Below are positions 10,891 through 24,888 of a stretch of DNA of 64,000 bases, one piece after another. The notes below the pieces were generated by a model. The model had not been told where the DNA came from. It did not search any database and saw only the letters and a program-made list of their open reading frames with translations. Source of the stretch: Octopus vulgaris. Lineage: Eukaryota. Position numbers and translations under genes: made by a program. Location: assembly GCA_951406725.2 (NCBI GenBank), contig OX597821.1, positions 79,732,001-79,796,000 on the forward strand. Reading direction: 5' to 3'. Within the stretch, counting starts at the first letter, position 1. Each line of letters starts with the position of its first letter.

Positions 10891-13870
10891 ATTACCAGAC
10901 TCACAGATGCAGAATTAACCTCTATTAAAAAAGTGGTAGAGAATGACCTAAATGCAAGTCAGGAAAGAAATAACGAAGCTGAGGAGAGGAATGTTGGGCC
11001 ACAAGCATTGACTGAAAGGCAACCATCTGCCGAAACGACTCAAGATCCTGAAGAAGAAGGAAAATATGACCCCAGAAAAAACAGCCCGGAAAATGATGTC
11101 GAAACAGAATTTGAAAATCACATGTTTGTTGAAGAACACAGAAAATCTATCATTGAAATGAAGCAAGAAGTTCTGAATGAGCTTGCAGTTGTAGGCCATA
11201 CAACTATGAATGATAGGGAACCACTCCATAAACTCTCAAATGCACACCAACATAAAACACAAATAAAAATTGGCAACTGCGTTACACAAGAAATCATACA
11301 CAAACTAAAATCCGATCTTAATAAATTAAATGAAATTATTTACTCTGTCGCTAAGGTAATCGAAAGACGCTGTTTAACACCCTAAAAGCCAACAATACCA
11401 AATTCCAAAAAGAAAATCAAACTGGAGGAGTAGAATTGAAACTGAAATTGAATCATTTCGAAGGGAGATATCAATATTAACTGAGCTAATTTCTGAAAAT
11501 GATGTAAGATCAAGAAAAGGCAGGAAGATTGTGAGAAAATGTGGACTCTCAACAAGAGAAGAACTAATGTCAGCGAAAGAAACACTTAAACAAAAAGTTC
11601 AAGCAAAAGCTCAGAGAATATGCAGATTTGAGAAAAGAATCAAATTCTACAAACAAAATAAGATGTTCAAATCCAATGCCAAATCATTTTACAGGGAAAT
11701 AGGGAAAGAAAAAAATAACCATTGAAAATCCACCCCTAATGGAAGAAGTTGAAAACTTTTGGAAGGGAATCTGGAGTGATGAGAAACCATACAATGAAAA
11801 TGCAGAGTGGATCAAACGCACCCAAGACAACTACAAAAATTTACAAGAACAGGTATGGGAAGACATCTCAATCGCCGACCTCAGGAAAGCACTAACAAAG
11901 GCTCATAAGTGGAAATCCCCTGGTATTGATAGAGTACCAAATTTTTGGCTCTCATCACTCTCGTCCGCGCGAAAAATGTTAGTAATACTATTAAATAGTA
12001 TTATGAAATACCCGAAAAAAACACCACATCGGATAGCAAATAGTATTACTTACCTCCTCCCCAAAAATAACAAAACGAAAGACCCAAAAAACTATCGGCC
12101 TATAACATGTTTATCTACTACCTATAAGATCTTGACATCTATTCTAGTAGAGAAAACATATACGTTTATGAAAGAGAATAACCTCTTTCCCACTGAACAA
12201 AAAGGATGCAGACGAGGCTCATACGGATGCAAAGATCAGCTCCTAATTAATCGCATGATCCTTGAGAACTGCCATAACAAGCGCAGAAATCTCAGCTCTT
12301 CGTGGATTGATTATAAAAAAGCCTTTGACAGCATACCACATTCGTGGATTCTGAAATCGCTGGACATTTTCAAAATTTCTCCTGTGATTTCAGATTTTTT
12401 AAAGTATATGTCACAATGGAACACGAAGCTCCAATTATATCATTCTAATGGAGTATTGCGCTCAAACAACATTAGCATAAACTGTGGAATTTTCCAAGGT
12501 GACTCACTTTCACCACTAATATTCTGCATAGCACTAATACCACTCTCAAGTGAACTGAATAGAACAGGATATGGCTACAAAATTGACAAGAAAATAAGCC
12601 ATCTATTTTATATGGATGACTTAAAGCTATATGGCAAAGATGATGAAGAGCTTGAAGGATTATTACATACTGTGAAAGGATTCAGTGATGATATCGGGAT
12701 GGAGTTTGGCCCTGAAAAGTGTGGCCAAAGCCACTTTTAAGAAAGGGAAATTGGTCTTGAGCAGCTAATATGTCAATCGAATTAGATGTCGAAATAGTAA
12801 TAAAGGAGCTTGAGCAGGAACAAACCTATAAATACCTAGGAATAAATGAAGACTCTGGTATCCAGCATGCAAGCATGAAAGAGAAGGTTAGGAAAGAATG
12901 TTATAGAAGAGTTCGAGCAGTCCTGAAGTCTGAGCTGAATGCATATAATAAGGTTTTAGCCATAAATTCCTTAGCAGTACCAGTTGTTCTTTATAGCTTC
13001 AATGTGCTTAACTAGTGAAATAATTAGAATGATATAATTGGAGCTTCGTGTTCCATAGTGACATATTATACTTTAAAAAATCTGAAATACTAGTGAAATA
13101 ATGAAAATTGACAGGAAAATCCGCAAGCTACTGACTTGTAATAAGATGCATCATCCAAAGGCAGACGTAGATCGCCTTTACCTTCCCAGAGTTCAGGGAG
13201 GTCGAGGTTTGATCCAGCTTGAACTTACATACAAAACCACCACAATCGGACTGGCCAAATACCTTGAAGTAACCAACGATTGGATGCTAAAACTTGTTGA
13301 AAAGCATGAAAGACCTAAAACACTTCACTCTGTTCTCAAAGAGAGCAAAAAATTCGCTGCTGATCTCTTAGATACCCACCAGATTGAGCAGGCTGAAGGA
13401 ACTGCGCCAACTGCAGCTGCAAAGAAAATGAAATTAATTGCAAAGACAAAAGCACATGAAAATTTAGCTAGCAGATGGGAAGAGAAACCTCTCCATGGCA
13501 AGTATGTGGCCCGTAGCAAACAAGCTGATGTCGACCAGAAACACACGCACCAATGGTTACGAAGTTCAGGGCTAAAAGCAGAGAGTGAAGGTTTCATATT
13601 AGCTGCTCAAGACCAAAGCTTATTTACCCGGAACTACCAAGCCAATGTGATGAAAAATGGAGCTGACCCAAAATGCCGATTCTGTAACGATGAGATTGAA
13701 ACAATAGACCACCTAATCTCAGGGTGTAGAGTCTTAGCACCTGCAGAATATAAAGCAAGACATGACAGAGTCGGCCAGTATTTACACTGGACAATATGTC
13801 GGCATTATAAAATCAAAACCGCTGACAAATGGTATAAACATCATTCTGAAGCTGTGACTGAGGGGGAAAA
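10891..13870 (+). mobile_element. R4/Dong-clade non-LTR retrotransposon, truncated at both ends, frameshifted RT
   Basis: RT motifs NYRPITCL, QKGC..GCKDQLLIN, WIDYKKAFDSIPH, GIFQGDSLSP and YMDDLKLY; CCHC CRFC..ETIDHLISGC; RHDRV. Flanked by (TAA)n; the RLE domain is missing. Confidence 0.93.
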
Positions 13871-13959
13871 TAATAATAATAATAATAATGATGATGATGA
13901 AGATAATAATAATAATGATAATAATTCTATAGGCACATGATTTTAAATTTTGGTTGGAT

Positions 13960-14085
13960 TCAGACAATAAATAAAGATCCATTTGATAGTAAGTATATAT
14001 CAAAAGATACAGTGTACAAAGCGGAGGCAGAATCGGCAAAGTGTATAGTTAAGGCATATATCCCTTTAGCTGAAAATTTATTTAT
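13960..14085 (+). mobile_element. Penelope-like GIY-YIG endonuclease fragment
   Basis: PFDSKYISKDTVYKAEAES..KAYIPLAENLF resembles the PLE CPL.GKCL..VVYKA..YIG..E motif. It is a diverged duplicate of 15292-15415. Confidence 0.65.
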
Positions 14086-14240
14086 TTATATGTCGATTAC
14101 ATCGATCTCAGTGTTCACAAGGTACTGATTTCATCGACCACGAGAGAAGAAACAAAGCTAACCTCCGCGGCATTCGAACTCTGAACGTATGAGGCCGGAA
14201 CGGATACCGTAAGCCGTTTATCCAATGCTCCAATGATTCT

Positions 14241-14430
14241 GCGGATGATAATTGTATAATGTCTGTACACTAAGGCTGGCAACATCTGAGGAAAGGACCC
14301 ATATCAAGACGGGGGAGGGGAAGAAGAAGAAGAAGAAGAAGAAGAAGAAGAAGAAGAAGAAGGAGGAGGAGGAGGAGGAGGAGGAGGAGGAGAAAAAGAG
14401 GAAGATGGAGGAGGAGGAGGAGAAGAAGAA

Positions 14431-14477
<47 letters not shown>

Positions 14478-14481
14478 AGAA
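14241..14481 (+). repeat. 80-bp unit + (GAA/GAG)n tail; inverted twin at 20980-21432
   Basis: 14241-14320 is the exact reverse complement of 21353-21432. Confidence 0.85.
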
Positions 14482-14733
14482 TTGAATAAAGTGGAAAACA
14501 GAATTCTTCATAGTTATGCTTTTCCTATGCGCACTGAAAACATTTAAGTTATGTAATTTTGAAAACATATTCCCTGTATATTTATTAATATCAATAAAGT
14601 AAGTTTCCAAACGTAAAGAATAGAAGCAAGAAAGAGTGTTATTGCGCATCGGAGGTCATTGAGAACAGACGCAGTCGTTTCGGTACATTGCAATAATAAA
14701 TTTCTTAAATCGGCTGGCTTTTGTGTACGTGTA

Positions 14734-14846
<113 letters not shown>

Positions 14847-14964
14847 ATCTGCCAATATGTTTGTATATGCGCGCGCATGACTGTGCTTGTGTGAGTGATT
14901 GTGTGTAATCTATGTGTGTGTGTGTGTTTCTGTGCTTATGTACATGCGTTTGCATTTCCATCGT

Positions 14965-15415
14965 TCTGGTGTATTCTCTAGTTCTCATGAAAGCAGTGAT
15001 TGAGTATTTAACAACACTATCCCATACTACGAGTGAGATCTAACGAGAAGGGCCACATAAAACCACCCATAACAAACAATATCAAACATAAAAAATAGAA
15101 AATGATTTGGTTCAATCCTCCTCATAATTTAATCTGTACAATTCTTGCGTACACTGTTTCACAGTGATATCACAAAGTTTTCGACAGAATTTCTGCTAAG
15201 ATTATCTATAGTTGTACATATAAGAGGATTATATTACAAATCTCAAATGAAAACCAATAATCCTATAAACATTACGTGATCAAAATGCAATCAGATAACA
15301 AATAAATATCCATTTGATAGGAAGTACTTGTCAAAAGATACAGTATACAGAGCGGAGGCAGAATCGGCAGATTGTATAGTTAAAGTATATATCGCTTTAG
15401 CTGAAAATTTGTTTA
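14965..15415 (+). mobile_element. Decayed Penelope-like element (RT thumb/linker to GIY-YIG)
   Basis: Colinear remnants FNNTIPYYE, RKMIWFNPP, HKVFDRISAKIIYSC, decayed Cys linker (CN...KYPFDRKYL) and TVYRAEAES..VYI, with frameshifts. Confidence 0.72.
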
Positions 15416-15417
15416 TT

Positions 15418-15790
15418 TTGTTTTTGCTGGGTTGCGGCCATGCTGGGGCACCGTCTCGACAGGGTTTAATCAAAGAAATTGATCCCAATACTTGTTTTTA
15501 ATCTGCTGCTTATTCTACCGTGCTTTTTTTCCCGAAACCGCTAAGTTACGATAGTAGTGGGGGCAAGCACAAATACAAACGCGCGTGCACACACACAGAC
15601 ACACGCGCGCGCGCACACACATGCACACATACATATACGATGGGCTTCCTCACAGTTTCTGTCTACCAAATTCATTCAAAGAGCATTGATCGACCCTGGG
15701 CCATAGTAGAAGACACTTACCAAGGTGTCTGAAGTCGAAATCACGTGCTTGCAAAGCAAATCGCTTAAGCGCTGAGCCTTACCTGCGCCT
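15418..15790 (-). mobile_element. SINE family A, diverged
   Basis: Reverse complement matches the family A tail and body. Confidence 0.7.
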
Positions 15791-16671
15791 GTATCTGGTA
15801 TATCTGGGATATAATGAGATCCTTTTTTTAAGATTGTAAAGAAATAAATCAAGGGAGATTTGGCAGCTATTTAGCAGGTTGAGTAGACTCCTCCTCCTCC
15901 TCTTTCTTCTCCCTCTCATCCTTCTCCCTCCTCCCTCTTTCCCTCCCTCTCCTCCCTCTTACTCTCTTTCTCTTCTTCTCCTCCCCTCCCCCTTCCACTT
16001 TCTTCCATCCTTCTTCCTCTTCATCAATTTTCCTTCTCCTTCCTCCTCATATCCCCCTCCTCCTACCCCTCCTCCTCCTCCCCTTCTTCTTCTTCTTCTT
16101 CCCCCTCCTCCTACCCCTCCTCTTCTTCTTCTTCTTCTTCTTCTTCTTCTTCTTCTTCTTCTTCTTCTTCTTCTTCTTCTTCTTCTTCTTCTTCTGTTAC
16201 TGCTGCTGCCATTATTATTTTTTCCGATGTTTCTGTTGTTTGATTGCTGTACTTGTTTGTTTTAGTTTCCGAGATTTCCTGTGAAAACAAAAGCAAGGAA
16301 AGACAAGAGAAAAAAACAAAAGCTGTGTTGATACAAATTAAAAGGTGTGTTTAAACAGTTCTTTATAAAAATATTTGTCTTTTCTTTACCCGTTTTCCCA
16401 CCCAAGTTCATATGTAAGAATTGTAAAACAAAAGCAGAAACCTGACGACTACTGGTTTACCGCGCGGAAAACACGAAATATCAAAGAGGCATTGGCGAGG
16501 AAAAAACAAAACAAAGCAAAACCCCCCCCCAAAAAAACAACCAAACAACAAACAACAACAACAACAAAACAAAAAAAAACACGCATGCTGTTTCCTCCAA
16601 TGAATGATCCAACTTAAAGTACTGGAATCCACTTTCCTACAGTGAGCTAAACATTATTATTATTATTATTA

Positions 16672-16784
<113 letters not shown>

Positions 16785-16790
16785 ATAGAT

Positions 16791-16844
<54 letters not shown>

Positions 16845-17231
16845 ATAGTAGTATCATTCTTGTTGTTTCTGAACATTCCAGATATGTACCTCATCAAAAG
16901 TTCAACCTTTCTATCGATGAAGCTTGTGATGCAAAGCAGAAAACCGTAAGTGCTTCATGAAGTATTATGGAGGTTTTCTGCATTGCAAAATGCTGGCAAA
17001 AGCTACACCCAAATTTCTGCACTTGAAAAGAGAAGGAGAAAGAGAAAGAAAAAAAAAAGAAGGATGCAACCAATAGCAGATAGCATGCAGTAGGAACAAT
17101 AACGATGAAGACGACACCAGCAATAGTGCAATAGCTGGCATCTAAGATGCAAAGAGGGGGTCACAACAGAAAGGTATTGCTGCCAACGTACCACTATTTC
17201 CTGTTTCGAAGTAGTCTTGGAAAAATGTTAA

Positions 17232-18349
17232 AATCAGTTTCTTGAATCCCATTGGGGAAGAAGCTTTCGTCCTGTTGGTAAAAAAAAGTCATCAACAGCA
17301 GATATACCCTCATCATTGCTGCAATACTGCTTCCCAGCTAAGTGGTTTTTAATGCTGGGTAACAAATGATTGTAAGTTGGGGCTGAATCAGGAGAATAGG
17401 GAGGATGATCATGCACAGCAGCCATTGAAAGCAAGGACTTGTATGCTGGAGCATTATCCTGATGAAACGACCCATCTCGTCAGTTTTCCTGGGCGTTTGG
17501 TCATGGTATCGTTTCCTATCTGTCTCAGCAAGTTGGTTTACTACCCTCTGTTCATGGTGTGGATCTTTTGAAGATAGTCAATGAACACAATGCCTTTTGA
17601 ATCCCCCAAAAGTGAGGCCATCGCTTTCCCTGCAGATGAAACGACCTTGGCCTTCTTTGGAACAGGTGAGGAAAGGTGTTTCCACTACATGGCTTATCTC
17701 TGAAAGTGATGAACCTAACACTCATCTTGTTGTGTTGGGTGTTCAAAGAAACTGGTTAGATCTACCTTAATGTCAGATTTTCCATTCATGTGATCAGCTT
17801 GGCCCGCTTTTGATCATGTGTCAGATGACGTGGTACCCATCGTGCATGCAAGTTCACTGTGCAGAGTATTTTCACCTCACTCACGGGACGTGTTAATAGC
17901 ATTGGTTATTTGATTTATAGCCAGTCACCTGTCATCGATCATCATGTGGTGGACACAGTTAATGTTTTCCTTGGTGTTGACAGTCGCAGGAAGTCCAAAC
18001 CTTCGGTCATCTTCAAGACTCTACCTTTCTCTCACTCTGCATTTCTCTCCTAATTCCAGCTGCCCGCTTTCATACTGTTGACTAAGCTGGAGCGTCATTC
18101 CCTAAAGTAGCAAACGATGTCAGCTAACCACTTTTTCTGCAGATACATGATAAAACCACGATGCCAAATTTTGTCCATTTTCAAGAGAAGTCACTAAAAG
18201 CCACTTTTGAAATCTCTGAACAGTCAGATGTCAGTTAACCTGGAAAGAAACAAGGCAGTTATTAAATACGAATTGAAATTAATGCAAGAATTCACAGCTC
18301 TAGCATCACTCCTTCGTAGTCTGTCATTGAACTTTTCGGATCACCCTCG
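17232..18349 (-). mobile_element. Degenerate mariner transposon
   Basis: HPPYSPDSAP..HLLPSIKNHLAGKQY (YSPDLAP motif). Terminus CGAGGGTGATCCGAAAAGTT lies next to TA at 18350-51. Confidence 0.85.
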
Positions 18350-19051
18350 TACGTACATACGTACGTACATACATACACACACAAACATACATACGTACGT
18401 ACGTACACGCATACACACTCACATACATGCATATATATTGTGTGTGCGTTTGTGTATGAATAGATGTATATGCCCTCGTACTTCGTATTTTTGTTGTTTA
18501 TGTTTTGTGACTTACATGTATACATATACATGTATATACGTATACATGTATGTACGTATACGTATGTATATATGCATATATATATTATTTTTATTATATA
18601 TGTATGTATGTATGTATTTATATACTCATCTCTCCATCATACTAAAGAATTATGAACTTATGCCTCTAGCCTGAAGAAATGCTTCTATCATATACTTCCC
18701 TCTACTTCCTTCTCCTCTCTAAGGCTAATGATTTAGCGCAATGTAATGTTTGATAGACTGTAGATTCCCAAACACTTGTTACTGAAGAGATCCAATAAGG
18801 TCGAACTAGTAGCTGTATACGAATTAATATTAAAGACTTCATGATTAAAAGAAACGTTAAACGACCTGGAGCTTCAGTTGTTGCTGATTTATGATGGTAG
18901 GCATTGTAGAGATAGTGATTGTACTACTTCTATTGGTAGTTGTATTGGTGATAACTGTATTGGTGATGATATTGGCAATTGTTCTAGAAGTGAAAGTGAT
19001 TGTGTTCGTACTGGTAGTGTTTTCTTGAATTATGTGAACATATATTGTGCG

Positions 19052-19357
19052 TGTGAGGAGGCACATGGCCTAGTGGTTAGAGCAGCGGAATCGCGGTCGA
19101 GGGATCGCAGGTTCGAATCTCAGACCGAGTGACGTGGGTGTTTATGAGCGAAACACCTAAGCTCCACGCGGCTCCGGGAGAAGGCAATGGCGAACTTCTG
19201 CTGTGTCTTTCTCCACAACTTTCTCTCACTCTTTCCTCCTGCATCTTGCAGCTCACCTGCGACAGACCGGCGTCCCGTCCAGGTGGGGAATCTATACGCC
19301 AAGGAAACCGGGAAACCGGCTCTTATGAGCCAGGGATGACTCGGGAAGGAACAAACA
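19052..19357 (+). mobile_element. SINE family B (alternative tail)
   Basis: A box TGGCCTAGTGG and B box GGTTCGAATC; near-identical to 62453-62760. Confidence 0.85.
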
Positions 19358-19814
19358 TATCGTGCGTGTATGCGAACATGCGGAGTGGTGCATATTGATA
19401 GACAGATAAGTAAATAGGGAGCGAGTGTGATTTAAAAAATTTTATGTATTTGTGTATATATATGCGTTGTCATGTCTAGGTGTGTACACGGATGTGTACA
19501 CTGCAGTATATTCCGCATTGTTTTTGGTGTCTTGGTGATATATCAATAACAATACGCTGTGTTGTTTATCATATATATATATATAAAATATATATATATA
19601 TATATGTGTGTATGTGTGTATGTGTATGTGTGTGTGTATGTGTGTGTGTGTGTACTTATATTATGTATATGTACATGTATGCATGTATATATTCGAAGCA
19701 ATGTGTCCCTTGTGTCAGTAGCGGGTGCACATGTGTATGTGTGCGTGTGTGTTTGTTTGTGTGTTCTGTGTCGTATTGCGACAGGTTGTCTTGGGCAGTG
19801 AATAGAAGTAAACA

Positions 19815-19856
<42 letters not shown>

Positions 19857-20376
19857 CATCGTGCATACATTGGCACATACACACGCGCACACATAATTAT
19901 ACATATGTACTACGCATACAGAAAGCGTACAGTCACCTACACACACACATGCACACACACACACACAAACACGCGCATATACAAGTAAAGGCATGTACAT
20001 ACAGAGCACACACAACATATATATTCAGATGATTAAACATATAAAAGTACATTCATAATAATAATATTCATCTACTACACTCCCACACACACATAAATTA
20101 TGGCCACACCCGTATACATTCGCACAGAAACACTCACACACAGCAAACAGTCACAAATACACATTCATACATACATAGATATGCATAAACATACAAACAC
20201 ATACACACGATAAAATGAACAGACATAAGTGCATAGAAAAGAAGAGAAGAGAAAAAGAGTGAAGAAGAGTGATAGAGGTGAATGTAGGGAAAAGGGTTCG
20301 GGGAGAGGAGAGAGTTATAGAAAGGATTTGAACCAAGAAATAGTCTGTATGTGCGTGTGTGGGTGTGTGTGCATAG

Positions 20377-20434
<58 letters not shown>

Positions 20435-20979
20435 TGAAGGGAGAGAGGGAGAGAGAAGAGGAGAGAAAAGAGAGTGGGAGAAGGAGAGAGAATAGACTGA
20501 TAGAAAAAAGTATAATTTAGAGTTATAAAAAAGGATATGTCGGCTGGGAAATATGGTGTATATACATATACATACATAAATATATACATACACAGACACA
20601 CATACACACATATATATGTGATATGTGCACTCACATACACAAACACACATACAGTATATATAGAGAGAAAGAGACATGGGTGAGGTAGAAACCAAAGAAA
20701 ATGGAAGAAAAACAAAGGGAGAGAATCGTGTGAGCGAAAGAAGGGAGGCGAAGGCAATCCAATATTTACCACCGACAATTAAATGTGAAATGTGAAGGAA
20801 AGAGCAACAAAAATATAAAAAAACAAACAACCACCACCAACAACAACAACAAACATCGAATAAAAATAAAAAAACATACACACACAGACGAACAAATAAC
20901 GAAAAAAATAAGTTTATTATGAATGCTATCACTTACAACAGCAACTCTCAATTTTTACGCACTCCTACAATAAAACCCG

Positions 20980-21038
20980 TCTTCTTCTTCTTCTTCTTCT
21001 TCTTCTTCTTCTTCTTCTTCTTCTTCTTCTTCTTCTTC

Positions 21039-21086
<48 letters not shown>

Positions 21087-21276
21087 TTCTTCTTCTTCTT
21101 CTTCTTCTTCTTCTTCTTCTTCTCCTCCTTCTTCTTCTTCTTCTTCTTCTTCTTCTTCTCCTCCTCCTTCTTCTTCTTCTTCTTCTTCTTCATCATCATC
21201 ATCATCATCTTCTTCTTCTTCTTCTTCTTCTCCTCCTCCTCCTTCTTCTTCTTCTTCTTCTTCATCATCATCATCC

Positions 21277-21332
<56 letters not shown>

Positions 21333-21432
21333 TTCTTCTTCTTCTTCTTCTTCCCCTCCCCCGTCTTGATATGGGTCCTTTCCTCAGATGTTGCCAGCCT
21401 TAGTGTACAGACATTATACAATTATCATCCGC
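20980..21432 (-). repeat. 80-bp unit + (GAA/GAT/GAG)n tail
   Basis: Inverted copy of 14241-14320 plus a compound triplet microsatellite. Confidence 0.85.
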
Positions 21433-22401
21433 GTTAGATGTCAATGAAGAAGATAAAATAAAATTTGAAAAATAAACAACCAAATATAACAAAAACTAAC
21501 TGAAAAAAGTTTTTAAACTCCTCCTCCCGAAAGCAAAGCAAAAACGTAAGATGAACAATAAATAAATGGAATAAAGTAATAAAATAATAATAAAAAGATA
21601 TGTTTCTATTCAGAACGTTGCAATTGTTTTATTCCGTTTTGGATTTTTAATTATCAGATAAAATATCTGTATTTTGTAGTTGATAAAATGAAATAAAATT
21701 ATAAAAATAAAATAAAATTAAAAATAAAATATAAATATAAAAAAAAGGAAAACACGAGATTTTAGTTTCCATGGGAAAGCTTTTATTTTATTGGTGAAAA
21801 AAGAAATGGTTGTGAAAAAAGATTTTGGCTTTTTGTTTTTGATATTAGTCTTCGTTTCAAAACAAATCTATGAAACCCAAGAAACAAATAAATAAAACAA
21901 AACCAGCAAAAGAACGCGCCCCTTCTAAAGAAAAACAAACGAGCATGCCCTAAACAATCGAATGTCACGGGGTTGGTGAACCTTACGGTTAACCTTAAAA
22001 TAACGGTTTGTGCAGTAACGTTTTATTGATTTACAATTGTCTCTATTAGATTTGTTGTTGCACGGGAGTCCAATACAGAACTTACAGATGGCAAAAGTCT
22101 CTTTGTTTTTCTTATTATTATTTTCTTTCCCAGTTAATCTAGAGTAGGAGTTTTGTATGATTGTTTTTATGCTGATTTTCATTATGAAGTAGCTGTAGAA
22201 ACCATGATAACATAATCATTCTAGCAATTATGCCAAATGTGGTCGCTACGTGACCACAGATCAGCCTTCTTCGAGCAGACCTATGATCAAATTTACTCTT
22301 CTACGACCATCTCACATTTAAAAAATAAATGCAGGACTTCATTATGTGATATGACTACTCCTTATTTAAGATGGTAGGGTGTGATTTACGGGAGATATTT
22401 G

Positions 22402-22790
22402 GCACGAACTTTCTGGACAACCCAATACTTGCAAAAGAGAGGTTTAGCCTCCAACCACATTCATGCTGATATGGTTACAATATTAAGGGATCACGTTTCA
22501 GCTTTATCAATAGTGCACAAGTGGGAAACTGAATTAAGTTGTGGAGAAGGTAAAGTCTTGATGATGACCCAAGGTCTGGACATCCTGTAACTGCTACAAT
22601 CATAGAAAACATTGATCGTGTTCACCACATGGTGGTAGATGGTAGGCGATTGACGATAAATCAAATAGCTAACGCTATTAGCATAGCACGTGAGAAAGTT
22701 GAGGACATTCTACTGCTTCTTCTCGGTGGGTACTACGTGTTCTGACACCTGATCAAAAGCGCACCAAGCTGGTCACATCACGGCAAATTC
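22402..22790 (+). mobile_element. Mariner fragments (solo TIR + HTH region)
   Basis: GAACTTTCTGGACAACCCAATA matches the right TIR at 54682-54703. IHADMV..IVHKW..DDPRSG is related to the 17.2-18.3 kb element. Confidence 0.72.
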
Positions 22791-22877
22791 TCGTAAATAT
22801 CAATCTATCGTAGCAGATTTTAGGACAGAAGTCAATAAAGTGCCACTTTAGCAGATATCTTTTATCTTTTATTTGTT

Positions 22878-23288
22878 ATTTCTTTACTGCCCACAAGAGG
22901 CTAAACACAAGGGACAAACAAGGACAGACAAACGGATTAAGTCGATTATATCGACCCCAGTGCGTAACTGGTACTTATTTAATCGACCCCGAAAGGATGA
23001 AAGGTAAAGTCGACCTCGGCAGAATTTTAACTCAGAACATAGCGCAGACGAAATACCTATTTCTTTACTACCCACAAGGGGCTAAACACAGAAGGGACAA
23101 GCAAGGACAGACAAATGGATTAAGTCGATTATATCGACCTCAGTACGTAACTGGTACTTATTTAATCGCCCCCGAAAGGATGAAAGACAAAGTCGACCTC
23201 GGCGGAATTTGAACTCAGAACGTAACGGCAGACGAAATACGGCTACGCATTTCGCCCGGCGTGCTAACGTTTCTGCCAGCTCGTCGCT
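22878..23288 (-). mobile_element. SINE family C with tandemly duplicated 3' half
   Basis: B box GAGTTCAAATTCC. Body and tail (TAAGTACCAGTTACG..GCCCCTTGTGGG) occur twice. Confidence 0.8.
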
Positions 23289-23289
23289 T

Positions 23290-23715
23290 ATCTTTTATTT
23301 GTTTCAGTCATTAGACTGCGGCCATGCTGGAGCACCGCCTTGAAGAATTTTCAGCCAAATGTATCAACCCCAGTACTTACTTTTTATAAGCCTGGTACTT
23401 ATTCTACCGGACTCTTTTGCCGAACCGCTAGATTACAGGAACGTAAGCACACCAGCACAACTTGCCAAGCAGTGGTGGGGGGAATAAAGACAGACCCCAA
23501 AACACACACACGCACACGCACACACGCGCGCACACACACACATGCACATATAAGACGGGGTTCTGTCAGTTTCCGTCTACCAAATCCACTCACAAGGCTT
23601 TGGTCGGTCCGAGGCCATAGTAGAAGACACTTGCCCAAGGTGCCACGCAGTGAGACTGAATCCGGAACCATGTGGTAGGGAAGCAAGCTTCTTACCACAC
23701 AGCCACGTCTACGCC
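23290..23715 (-). mobile_element. SINE family A
   Basis: Full-length match to 59535-59945, including CORE-like CCTTGGGCAAGTGTCTT. Confidence 0.85.
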
Positions 23716-24707
23716 TAGATATGTTAATAAATATAGAGTTACTGTTGTCATCCAACTGGAAACGTAACTTGAATGCTTGCAACGGAGTGAACTCTAAAGA
23801 ACAAGAAGTTGTGAAGCTGGTCGATGGATCTATCGTGCGCGCCAGCACAATCATCCGAGGAGAAATTTCAGAAGATATTTAGTGAAGCATCATCAGCAAA
23901 TCTCAGCAAATCGTCGTCATCGCCATTGCCGCTTTCGTCGTCGTCGCCACCATCACGAGGATCATCATCACTCCGCCCCGCCGCCGCCATTGTCGTCATC
24001 GTAGTTTTTCTTGTTGTCGTCTTCACCATGATAAACGTCATCCCATCATCGTCGTCGTCGTCGTCGTTATCATCAGCATCATCAGCATCATCAACATCGT
24101 CTCTCTTATTAAAAAAGACTGAGAATCGTTACTCCTCCCGTATCTAACACCTGAATGACCATTTCATTTTTACCTTTTCAACTTTCTTATGATCCTCTTC
24201 TTCCTCGTCCTTATTATCGACTGCTTTTGTGATGCTGTCATCCGGGAGAAGATAAGTATGGACTGGAGAGAAAGGTAGGAAGAAAGAAACGTAGAGAAAT
24301 ACAAAGGAGGGTAAGAGAGATAGAAAAAGAGAGAGCGACGGGGAAAGGAAGAGAGAGAGACAGATTAGATACAAAAGAGAGAGAAAGGAGAGGGAGAAAG
24401 AGAGGAGAGGGAGAAAAAAGAGAGAAGCGAGAGAGAAAGAGAGAGAAAGGAGAAAGATTGAGAGAGAGAGAGAGGGAACAGAAAAAGAATGGAAAGGAAA
24501 CCGGGGACTGCTATTTTACAGTTGGTTGACCAGAAATAACGACGGTTTCTTATCAAAGAACTGGCTGTCATTCCCATTTCTACTTGTCACACTACGCAGT
24601 AATGAGAATGTCCTCTACAGTACAGTTCTATATTTAAGAGATGTGGAATTATGTACATTATTTACATTATTTACATTCGACGGATATTTGTCCTCGTCTT
24701 GTTTGTT

Positions 24708-24753
24708 AACACAACATTTCAGCTGATATACCCTCCAGCCTTCATCAGGTGTC
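24708..24753 (-). ncRNA. Minimal type I hammerhead motif (one CpG-type mutation)
   Basis: GACAC-CTGATGA-A-GGCTG-GAGGGTATAT-CAGCT-GAAAT-GTT-GTGTT. Confidence 0.65.
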
Positions 24754-24800
24754 TTGAGGAAATTTCGAACCTGGGTTCTCATTCCTGAAGTACTTTTCGA

Positions 24801-24885
<85 letters not shown>

Positions 24886-24888
<3 letters not shown>

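Noticed and set aside
16882-16945. Small exon or piggyBac-like YVPHQKFNLSIDEA motif
   Set aside because: Too short (64 nt) and not supported by further colinear motifs.
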